Below, piece by piece: positions 25,035-35,047 of a stretch of 64,000 bases of DNA. Within the stretch, counting starts at the first letter, position 1. Every line of letters starts with the position of its first letter. Source of the DNA: Flectonema sp. DT1601. Taxonomy: Eukaryota. The notes below the pieces were generated by a model that ran no database searches, was not told the DNA's origin, and saw only the letters and a list, made by a program, of their open reading frames with translations. The translations under genes were made by a program, and so were the position numbers. The stretch spans positions 806,001 through 870,000 of the forward strand of contig OZ025803.1 of assembly GCA_964019425.1 (NCBI GenBank), written 5' to 3'.

Positions 25035-28000
25035 TTTTTTTTTTTTTTGAGTGCACCACGACCCGTGAGTCTGTGATGCTGTTTGCGCTGTTAGGCGCGG
25101 CTGTTCTTTTTCTTTCTTTCTTTCTTACTTTCTTTGTTTTGGGGGTTGGGGGTGGGAATCCCGTAGGCTTCGTATCTCCTTTCTTTGTTTTGATAACTTA
25201 AAACTAATACTACATAATTAATTGTCCACTTGGACGACTTCAGATGTGTTGCAATGATGCCTTCAATGTTGATATTCGAAATGTCGATGTTTTAATAATA
25301 CTACCGTCCTAATAGTTGTGCCAGTCTGTCTAAGGTTGTGACAAAACCAGTCATCTGCTGTTGATTCGCAGGTAAGTAGCAGTCCTCCAGTTGGCATGCT
25401 TCCTCTCCCTTGTCATTCATCATGTGACTGATGTATTTTTCTCTCAAGGTTTCTATACACCAATGTTCGCATATAAATAATACATGATGTGCTGTCGCCT
25501 TTCCAAGTTTACAGAAAAAGCACAGCTCGTTCAGTCCTTTGATTATCAGAGATCTGCAATGTCCCACTCTAAAGCGTGACATCAGTACTTCCTCTGGTCG
25601 TGTTAGAGCTTCGATGTACGGAGGGTGTCTTACCTCTCCCGGTCCGATCCAGTTCTCCCGTTTTCTCCGCTTGTGAAACGTCATCAATGTTCCCATGTCA
25701 AGTTGAGTGGGCAGTTGTTTAATAATAACATCTTCGTGAGGTGGATCTTCCTTCAGGCCTGCAGCGAATTTCGCCAGTTGGTCCGCTACTTCGTTGTACC
25801 GCACGTTTCTGTGTGCCGGTACATACTGCATGTTGACTTGGATTCCCTTCTTCTCCAGTTTCATTGCCAACTTCCAGATCTTTTTGTTCATTGGGGACCT
25901 TTGTTTATATGGCCCTTGTTCCAATGCCTGCATGACTGACATCGAATCAGTCAACAGGTGCGTCGTTGTTGTTAGAGATTCATGTTCATCCTCCGCCACC
26001 TGAACTAAATTTTCCAACGCCAGTTTCACTGCAATCTGCTCGGTCCTATAAGAGGAACCCGCTACTGGTATTTTATATCCAAGTAGACGCATCTTGCTTT
26101 CGTTAACCATGACCACAGCGGCAGCCGCGTCTGTCATGTACGTGTTGGGTTTGGGTCTTATCGACCCGTCAGTGTAGACTTTCATCTCGTGGGCTGGTAG
26201 TTCAGTTTCTCGCTGTTCAGCCTCTTCCTTGTTACTTGAATATGTGAATCTCATCGCACTAGTACTTTCCCATGGAGGGAGAGTGTAGTGTTCTGGGTTC
26301 ACTTCCAGGTTGGTAATGCTCCGGTAATTGTCAAGGCCAGGGATACCAGAGACATAGTCTATCCAGACATTCCATCCCCATTTTGATTTTTGAAATAATT
26401 CTGAACTCCCTGTTCTCGTCAGCTTGCGAGTCGGTAGGAACGGACTTAATTTGAAACGTTCATAGGTTCTACACATCTTATACTGGTTGTGTTCCTTCAG
26501 TCTTGGCGTGTCGGCTTCTTTGTAAAGTCTCTGTAGTTTGGTGCTCCGCAGACATCCAGTTACCAGCCTCACTGCCCTGTTTACCAGTAATTCCAGTTGT
26601 TCGAAGCACTCTTTTGGTAGCATCCAAGCAAAGCTTTCAACACCATAAAGCACCCTTGCTAACACCACCGTCACCAGTATACTGATGAGTGTCCTCTTTC
26701 TGCAGCCTATCCTAGTGAGTCTAACCAACAAGCCTAGACCCTTGGAAGCAGCTGTCATCATCTTTTGAATTTGCGACTTAAAGGTTAACTTCTCGTCATA
26801 ATGTACACCCAGGTACCGCACGGTATTCGTCTTGTGAACTTTTCGTCCAACCGCATAGGCAAATCCGTGTAATCCGGGCCCCACTCTTTCCAGCATCTTA
26901 TCTATTTCTGCCTTGTTGTGGACTTTCTTCAGTTGTGAGAAGCTGGCGCTCATCTTCATTGTTTTCAGTACCGCCGGTTTGTTCGGTAGCTTGACTTTGA
27001 TCTTATGTTTTGGAACGACATACAGGTGAGTGATGGCGAATTCTTCTTTTGAAACTACAGTTGTTGAGTTATCATCCTTCACAAGGTTACTCATTTGTTC
27101 TGCCGTGGCCACCACATATTTAAATGTGTGTTCTTCAGAGTATACTACTACTGGGGACTTGTCATGAGTTCCACTTGGCCTCACGTGAATGTATTCCGTC
27201 TTGCCAGGGTTCTTATTGATTTTGATGTGTGAGTCAAGTGCCCACCTTTCAAATATTTTGACTGCGTTGTTAACCTTGTTTTCTAAACAGCTGACAGTGC
27301 CCGCGGTTATTACTATTCCAACATCATCTGCAAAGACAGTCGGTTCGTACATCTCTAGTTTATCTATCAAATCGTTGATGAAGATAGAGAATAACTGGGG
27401 TCCCAGCACGCTTCCTTGTGGTACTCCTACTCGAATGTTCCGGAATGCTCCCTTCACTCCATTCACCCTTGTTGAAATCTTCCTACTAGTCAAGTAGTTT
27501 TGAACCCACCGTAGATATTTCGTTGGTAGTCCTATTTTGGACATCTTATTTAGAAGAGTTACCGGTTGAACTGCATCGAAGGCTTTTTGTAGGTCGAAGG
27601 TGATTAATATCGCTTCTTCCCCCATTGCCTTGGCACTTTTGAGTTTGTCTGTAACTATACAGAGATTTTCAATGGAATCCCGTCCTCGTTTGTAGGCTGC
27701 TTGCCTCGGATTTATTCTGTCTTTCAACAGGTGGTGCATCCGTTCTACGACCATTCTTTCAAAGAGTTTCGAGACGGTCGAGGTTAGTGCTATCGGTCTG
27801 TACGATAAGACTTGTTTCTTGTCTTTATCAGGTTTCAGTATGGGTATTACCATTCCACTTTTCCAGCACCTGGGTACTGCTGATCGTTGCCATGAGAGGT
27901 TGAATAGTCTTAGTAGTTGCTCGAGGAAAGCTTTTGGAAGTTGTTTTAACATCGAGTTCCAGATGTGGTCAGGTCCAGGTGCCTTCTTCTCTTTTGTTTT

Positions 28001-29039
28001 TGAAATTTGTCGTTCCAGTTCAGGCATTCCAAATTCCACCGAGTTATCATCAGGTATTCCTTGTAAGGTTGGTTCACCGTCTTCGAATTTGAATTGGTCT
28101 GCGTATGTTTTGGTGAAGACATCTGCCATCTCCCGCGGGTCGGTTAATTCCTTCTCACCGTCGACAATCTTAGTAATTGAATGGTCCATCATTCTACCTT
28201 CCAGTTGTTTAACTTTTCTAAAGGCCCATCGGTAGTCCATTCCAGTCATGTCGCACTCAATGATCTTCTGTTTGATCATGTTGATACCTCTTTCAATTGC
28301 TTCTGAGTCTGTCTTATCAGGGTCAGTCTCTGCCATTAAATCTTCCAATTCTGAATCCCTCACAGCGAAGGTACTACTTGACTTCTTGTTGTAGCCTGGG
28401 ATGGCCCTTCTCGCTGCTCTCAGAATCTCGTTGTTGATCCTATTAGCAAGTTTCTGCACATTCTTAATTCTTTCTAATTTGGGCGCTGCCCTTTCCAACA
28501 ATATTTTATAATAATTCCAATCGGCACAATGCCACTTCCATTTCCATGTCCCAGAACTCTCTTTTGAATATTCATCTGTTTTGATATCTTCGATTGTCAG
28601 TTTGAGTGGCAGGTGATCGCTGCCCCATCCCTTCATGAGTTCGATTTGTGCATCCAAAGAAATATCTAATGCAATTACATCCGGAGAGGCTGAGCTCTGT
28701 GGTCTTGTGTGTTGTTGAGGTTTGTTTAGAATTTGAATTGCTGCTTCTAGTGACCAATCGTAGAAGCTGTTACCAGTAATGTTCGTATTTCCATTTGACC
28801 AAGTTGAATGGTGTCCATTAATGTCACCCGCAATCAATGTGCCGGGCTCTGATATAAACTTCCAGGTTGTTGCCTTGATTTCAGGCGGGTGGTAAACATT
28901 GTGAATTGTCAATGGCGGATTAGATTGAAGTACTACTGTTAATATCTCAGTTTGGTCATGTGAGATGTCGGGGTGTTTTAATATTATCTTATTTAAATCA
29001 TTTCTGACCAGAGTGACGAGTCCTCGATGACCTGACTTG
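25035..29039 (-). mobile_element. Element B: second family of Ingi-like non-LTR retrotransposon, 5'-truncated in APE, nested in family-A copy 1
   Basis: Poly-A tail (T run to 25048). ATCAT is duplicated at 25030-25034 and 29040-29044. Family-A sequence resumes exactly after the insertion. Confidence 0.93.
25301..29039 (-). CDS. APE (partial)-RT-RNase H polyprotein of element B
   Basis: NVYHPP, AGDINGH, SDH, PGPD, YRPIAL, PQGS, FADD, YLG, VYTDGS, LTDS, PAH...NEVAD, CFFC...HVLFIC. The frame is intact; the track ATG lies in the TSD. Confidence 0.92.
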
Positions 29040-29137
29040 ATCATCCTTCCACCTTCTTTTAGGAGCGGTCACTATTGCCTTCACCGATTTATATAAAACC
29101 TTTTTTTTTATTTATTTAATAAAAAAACTTTTTTGTC

Positions 29138-30848
29138 TTTTTTTTTTTTTTTTTTTTTTTTTTCATTACTACCTGAAACTGTCTCTTCTTTTTCTACAGC
29201 AACGGGCTGACGCAAAACACGCGTACATTTAATGTGGGTCCAGGGCAATTGCCCACCTCATAAGAGGCCCATTGTTCTTCCTTTCTTTCTCCCCAAGTTA
29301 GTAAGGCAGGTGTAAAATAAAATAACAAAAAGAAATTTATTTATGGGGAGGAATTGTCAATCGTAAGATATGACTTATACTTATCACATATGTAAATATG
29401 TGGAGAAGGTAAGAACAATAACGAAAAACTTCATGTCGAAGTTGCAGCTCGTCGCAATTTGAATTGACATAGCTGTAGCTGCTATGTGCTTTTTGGGGAT
29501 GGCCTGAAAGGTGCGGACTTTCATCTAAGATCTCAAAAACTCTCGATCTGTGTCCAATCTATATCGGCCCATCAATCAATCAACAATCAGACCATCCCCA
29601 TGGTGTAGGTGCTACTTTGGTTAATTTGGAAGCTTGAGAAATCAAGTCAGTTGTGAGTTTTGAATCACAGTATTGAAAAGTGTGGGTTGAAGGATAACGT
29701 TTTCTTCATTTTCTTTCTTTGTTTCCTGACTCAAATTTTCTTTTTTCTTTTCTTTTTCTGGAAAAACATATCTTCTTGCAGATGACATAAAAAGAAAAAC
29801 ATTCTCTAGTCCTTGTACAGTGGAAAGACAATCCTTTAACTCTTCTTGTGTTAGAGAGTCTTTCTGGAGATACATCCTCCTCTCTTTTCTGTACTTTGAG
29901 CATTTTGCTAACAGGTGCTCTACAGAGTCTTTTTCTCTGCACCTAGGACATTTCCCTTGTGTTTGTTTACAGTCGCCAATTCTGAGTTGTGAAATCAGAA
30001 TTTCTTCCGCTCTTTCAGTTTCAGATGGGAAAGGACGGGGGTCAAATTTTTCTTTTATTCTGTGTTTTAGTTTAGCTACATGGGTGCTGTAGTCTATGGG
30101 AACTTTTTTTTGTTTTAAAAGGGTTTCTTCATCTTTTTTTAATGAAATGTTTTGGGCTAGTTTGTCTGCTTCTTCGTTTCCGACAATACCACAGTGAGAA
30201 AAGACATGCTGGAAAATAAACTTTGTTTTGAATTTATTGTTGAAAAATTCAATAAACTGCCAGATGCGGCTTCCTAGTCTCGTTTTCTGTTTTGTTCCCC
30301 CTTTTTCCAGTTCCATCAAGGCACTGGAGGAGTCTGACACAAATAAAACTGACGCATTTTCCGGCGGTTTAAATTCCTTAAAAAGTAAAACAAAAGCGTT
30401 TTTGATCGCCATCATTTCAGCCCTAAAAGAGGTGCAGATTATTCCTGCTTCACTTTTGTTCGTGAGAAATTCATTTCCTTCGCTGTCTATGATGTACACA
30501 CCCGCAGCACCGCGTTCTTCAACAACGGCACCATCGGTATATACCTCTAAGACTGGTTCATAATCTTTCCTTATTTCATTAAGAACAGCTTCACAGGCTT
30601 TTTTATTTTTCTTTTTGTCTTTTTTTTTTCTAACATGCATTTCTGGTTTAAAAACATTGAAATCATTTGAAAAACTCCATGGAGGATGAACGTAAATGGG
30701 ATATTTCTCAAAACTGAGTGATAGAAGGTTGTGTTCTTTCAGAACATTCATTCCTAAACGAGTAAAAGAATCAATGGGTGTTGAGGATATTCTTTCAGGT
30801 GGAATAAAGACATTTAATAAAGGGGACGTGATTCGCGCCATTTTGGCG
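29138..30848 (-). mobile_element. Element C: third family, heavily 5'-truncated non-LTR retrotransposon (RNase H and Cys/His end only; ORF 29642-30841)
   Basis: Long poly-A tail (T run 29138-29163) and ~480-nt 3' UTR. PPW, VYTDGA, SFRAE, VSDS, HVFSHCGIVGNEEAD, CPRC...HLLAKC. Much more AT-rich than families A and B. Confidence 0.9.
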
Positions 30849-31159
30849 AACCATCATTTATTTATTTATTTATTTAGTCACATCCCCCCTGTCTTTCTAC
30901 TTTGTTTTTATTCTTTCTGAGCATACTCGCTCTTCTTATTTTTTAACTAATTAAATAAGCAACAACGAGTGCAACTGTTGTGAGTCCGTTGGAGGACTTC
31001 CCCGGATAGGAAGCTCACGACACTGTAAGTACAAAGCGAATGATCAATACGGAGACGGTGGCCAAAGACCACTGGGTTACCTGCGAGCTATGAAGCTCTA
31101 CGGATGTCCTCAGAGAGTTATTAGGAGATGAATTAGGAGTGATGTATGAGTATGATATA

Positions 31160-34100
31160 CTAAAAAGATAGTAACTTCTGATAACAGCTTGTTGCCGTCC
31201 ATTGTTCTAAATGCCATATGAAGCCAGCGAGGGAATGTAAGTTCCTCGTAGCGAACATAAATAGCAGGCTGTGTTCCTTCTTTGAAATCTTCGCTTCTTC
31301 CATGACAGATCCAATTGTTCCATTTCTGATGCGTACCAGAGCAGAGTTCATGCAGTTAAACATCAAGTGTCTAGGTGATGAGTCCGTCCGTCTACAAAAA
31401 GGGCACTTCAGTTGTACGCCTTTGTCTCTCAGCAAGGGGTGTGAACCCGTTCTGAATTGTGCAATTCTTACTTCCGAAGCTCTCAGCATGTCTTTCGGAT
31501 ATCTAGCAGTTCTCAATCCTCCGGTCGCCTCCAGATACTGTCTGAGCATCACCCGTTTCATTGGAGGCTTTGCCTTCTCGGAGGCTTCCATCATCTTTCC
31601 TATCAACTTCCTGTGAGACTCCCTCGCTACCCTTGATTTGTGGGCGAAGAAATCCATGGTCGTTGAGACCGGTTTTCTTTCGGCATCCTTCGAGACTTCT
31701 TTGGCCAGCTTATCAGCCTTATCGTGTGGTTCAATCCCCACATGGGCCGGGATAAACTGGAGATGCACCTGTGTCTTCAGATCCCTAATGCTTTCCAGTA
31801 TTAACAGAGAGTTCAACTTCCTCTGGGCAACAATCCCTCCATTGAGTTCCTCCAGGTTGGATTTCGAGTCACTGAAGATTCTGGTAATACCTGACCTGGG
31901 ACCCAAGATCGAGTCAGCTTTGCCAATTTCTCTCATCAGCAGTTTGAGTGTTACTTGTTCAGCCTTGTAGCTGCTTTCAGTAGCTACAAGTCTTGACGAC
32001 ATCGTTCTCTCAGTTGGTGAGACCTGTACTGCTGCCGCACCCGCAGTGTAGTTAACAGGATCATGTGAGCCGTCCACATATATAGCCGAGTTGCAAGGGA
32101 CTAGGTCCCTGCAGTATTCCTCAAATTTGTTCCTGTCCACATCTGCATCACCGGTCTTGTTATGACCATACCCACAGGATATCTCTAGATTTGGTACATC
32201 CGCCCAGGGTTCGATGCTGTCAGGTTGAACTATTCCTTGGAGGGCGATGTTACAATCTTCCTGCGGCAACTTAGAACTCCAGAATCCTTTCGCTATTCGG
32301 TTCGTCGAACGTACCCACTTCAGCGATCGATACCTAAACAGAGCAGTTCTGGCCTGTTTTTCTATTATCAACTTCATCGGGAGCATGTTCGCCTCCAAGA
32401 GCAGTGGGAGAGACCTGGTGTAGATGCTGCAACCCGTTATCCTTCTCGCAATCTTCTTCAGATTCAAGTCCACAAGATCAATCTGACCCTCAGATAGGAA
32501 AGGACCGAAGCTCTCCAGCCCATATGACAGCCTTGAAAGTATGTACAGGTTCTTGACCATGCACAGCGTCTTAAAATCAAAATCATACTGTTCTAGTTTC
32601 CCCAGGAGTGCAAGACCCTTCCTGGTCTCATCCAGCATCTTTCCGACCTGTGTTCCATAAGATAAATCACCATCAATGTGCACCCCCAGGTATTTAACGC
32701 TGTCTACCATCGGCATCAGTACTGCGGTTAACAACTTTACTCTCAGCTTACTTGATCCATCAGGGAAAATTGCAAGCAGGTCCTTCGTATTAGCAACTTC
32801 GGTATCATCCACCTTGAGAATGGTTTCTCCACTCCCCAGAATTGGCCTTCCAAACTCGTTCGGTCTGATCATCTTAGCCAGATCTCCCCTGCTTACAACG
32901 TAATAATTATCCTTTGCAGTCCTGGGGAAGCCCAGTCTCCAGTAGATATCCTTTGGGCAGCGCACAGGCATACCACATGTCTTAGAGACGGACAGTGCCA
33001 TATCATTGGTTTTGCACCAGCTATCCACAAGTCCAAGGATCCATTGCGCTTTCTTATTGGTTAAATTAACGTCCTTATCAGAGACTACACAAGCGGTGTC
33101 ATCTGCATAAAGAGCCGAAACTGAGCCAGTCTTCTCCAACAACTTTGCCAGGTCATCAACATAAATCAGGTATAGCAGCGGACCGATAATCGATCCTTGG
33201 GGAACCCCCCTCGTTACCGTTCTGTAGGAGCTAAGGTTGCCATTCGCACTCACCCTTGCCTGCCTGCCCTTCAGGAAGTCAACTACCCATGCAATGAACG
33301 GGGAGGGAATACGCATGTTCTTCATCTTCTTGATCAGTTTCTCATGATTAATTCTATCAAATGCTTCCGTGAAGTCGAACGACAGCAGAACAGAGCTCTT
33401 GTTCTTTTCACTGGCCTCATGAAGAGCGTTGACTAACATTGAAATCTGCTCACACGTATTCCTTCCTCTTCTAAAACCCGCCTGGATAGACGACAGGGCA
33501 TTGTTCTGGGTAAGCCAATACATCAACCTATCATAAATCACTCTTTCAAGTACTTTACCCACCACCGAGGTCAACGTGATCGGTCTGAAACTTGCGATCT
33601 TATCTTTTGGCTTACCTGGTTTGTAAACTGGCTTGATAAGACCCTCCTTCCAGATCCTCGGTACCTTTGACGTTAGCCACGATTCATTGAATAACGCCAG
33701 GAGGAAATCCATTCCTATCACCGATAAGTTCTTCAACATTATCCCATGGATTCCATCTGGACCTGGTGCTTTCCCGGGCCTTACCTTCTTGATGGCTCGC
33801 TTCAGTTCAGTCATTGTTAGATTCCCTCCGATTTTGGCGAAGTCGCTGCTCTTCGTATTCGGAGGTCCTAGTTTACGTTTTGTCGGGGTCTTAACAAATT
33901 GTTCCAAGAACTTCGCAGGTAGTTGGTTCTCGTCAAACTCCGGAATGTGAATTTCACGTCCTTCATCCGTCTCAAGGTCCTTTATCTTTTTGAACGCATA
34001 TGCAAAGCCTTCACCTTTTGCTAGCCGTTCAGCGATAAATTTTCCCTTCGCACGCTTGGTATCTGGGGTGGAAGCGTTCCACATTCTTCTTCTCTTCCCT

Positions 34101-35047
34101 TTGATCCGAAGCCTTCTTCTAACGTACCTCTTCGCTACTCCAAGAACGATTCTGTTGAACGTTACTGCTCTTCTCCCAACGCTCGCAGAGTTGTTTACCT
34201 TTCCAAACCTGTAGTCTAGTTCATGTTCATATGAGTACCAATCAGCTGTATTGAAGTCCCAGACCGATCTCTTCGTCGCGTGGTTGCCCGAAGGCTCAAG
34301 GGGTGAGAGCGTATCGAAGGTAGCAGAGAGTGGTGTATGATCCGAACCGTGCTCAATTCCTTCACCTACCAGCTCAAAGTTAAGCAGTTGAATCTCCTCG
34401 TGGTGCAGGATCAGATCGGGCGAGGTCCCATGTCTCGGCAGTGTCGCTAGACCTGGCGGGTTCGCAATCAGGAGGTCCTCTTGCCCTGTCCAGTTGAGAA
34501 GGTCACAGCCTTTTACGTCGGTTTTCTTGGACCAGTACCTATGGTGTGCGTTGAAGTCACCAGCGAGAATGAACTTGCCAACACGTTTCAGGGAGAATAG
34601 TTCAAAATTAATCCTCGAGCTCGGTGGGGAGTAGATGTTGAGAATACTTACGTCTTCGTTAATTCTGACACCCATCGACTCGACGGTTCCTCTCATCGAC
34701 GGTATGGAGATATCAAAGCAATCATGTTGAATTCCTCGTTTTATTAAAGTGATCAGGCCACCTCCCCTTCCTGGCCTATCCCTCCTGTAGCAAACGTAGT
34801 TCCAATGAAACAATGCCATCCTGCAAGAAGTCTCCTGAAGGCAAAGTACGTCGGGGTCAAGCTTACTCAGGATGTGTCCAATGAACTCCATTTTGTTCGA
34901 GATGGTGCGACAATTCCAACTGATTACATTTAGTTTGCAAGAGGGACCATCCTTTCTCCTATTTGGCCCTGGGTTTCGTTCAACGTCCCCTGCTATCAGC
35001 AAGAGACGTCTTCGAGTCTCAGCCCAGTTCCTTCCATCTACGTGCCG
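31160..35047 (-). CDS. ORF2 of family-A copy 2: 2A-like peptide-APE-RT-RNase H
   Basis: Same motifs as copy 1, with about five amino-acid differences. No in-frame ATG before the APE ISWN motif; the track start is a TTG. Confidence 0.95.
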   Translation of the reverse strand, partial: RHVDGRNWAETRRRLLLIAGDVERNPGPNRRKDGPSCKLNVISWNCRTISNKMEFIGHILSKLDPDVLCLQETSCRMALFHWNYVCYRRDRPGRGGGLITLIKRGIQHDCFDISIPSMRGTVESMGVRINEDVSILNIYSPPSSRINFELFSLKRVGKFILAGDFNAHHRYWSKKTDVKGCDLLNWTGQEDLLIANPPGLATLPRHGTSPDLILHHEEIQLLNFELVGEGIEHGSDHTPLSATFDTLSPLEPSGNHATKRSVWDFNTADWYSYEHELDYRFGKVNNSASVGRRAVTFNRIVLGVAKRYVRRRLRIKGKRRRMWNASTPDTKRAKGKFIAERLAKGEGFAYAFKKIKDLETDEGREIHIPEFDENQLPAKFLEQFVKTPTKRKLGPPNTKSSDFAKIGGNLTMTELKRAIKKVRPGKAPGPDGIHGIMLKNLSVIGMDFLLALFNESWLTSKVPRIWKEGLIKPVYKPGKPKDKIASFRPITLTSVVGKVLERVIYDRLMYWLTQNNALSSIQAGFRRGRNTCEQISMLVNALHEASEKNKSSVLLSFDFTEAFDRINHEKLIKKMKNMRIPSPFIAWVVDFLKGRQARVSANGNLSSYRTVTRGVPQGSIIGPLLYLIYVDDLAKLLEKTGSVSALYADDTACVVSDKDVNLTNKKAQWILGLVDSWCKTNDMALSVSKTCGMPVRCPKDIYWRLGFPRTAKDNYYVVSRGDLAKMIRPNEFGRPILGSGETILKVDDTEVANTKDLLAIFPDGSSKLRVKLLTAVLMPMVDSVKYLGVHIDGDLSYGTQVGKMLDETRKGLALLGKLEQYDFDFKTLCMVKNLYILSRLSYGLESFGPFLSEGQIDLVDLNLKKIARRITGCSIYTRSLPLLLEANMLPMKLIIEKQARTALFRYRSLKWVRSTNRIAKGFWSSKLPQEDCNIALQGIVQPDSIEPWADVPNLEISCGYGHNKTGDADVDRNKFEEYCRDLVPCNSAIYVDGSHDPVNYTAGAAAVQVSPTERTMSSRLVATESSYKAEQVTLKLLMREIGKADSILGPRSGITRIFSDSKSNLEELNGGIVAQRKLNSLLILESIRDLKTQVHLQFIPAHVGIEPHDKADKLAKEVSKDAERKPVSTTMDFFAHKSRVARESHRKLIGKMMEASEKAKPPMKRVMLRQYLEATGGLRTARYPKDMLRASEVRIAQFRTGSHPLLRDKGVQLKCPFCRRTDSSPRHLMFNCMNSALVRIRNGTIGSVMEEAKISKKEHSLLFMFATRNLHSLAGFIWHLEQWTATSCYQKLLSF
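34964..35047 (-). other. 2A-like StopGo (ribosome skipping) peptide RHVDGRNWAETRRRLLLIAGDVERNPG/P (also 23980-24063)
   Basis: Matches the D(V/I)ExNPGP consensus with the typical upstream RRLLL-x-x-G segment. Confidence 0.92.

Larger units (their letters stand above)
19869..29091 (-). mobile_element. Family-A non-LTR retrotransposon copy 1 (5'-truncated within ORF1, interrupted by element B)
   Basis: 19869-25034 is nearly identical to the matching part of copy 2 (up to 36018). 29040-29091 equals 36014-36065. (TAAA)n tail. Similar ATAAAA(A/C)C-Tn-ATTTATTTA at both flanks (19857 and 29093) as a probable TSD. Confidence 0.93.
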
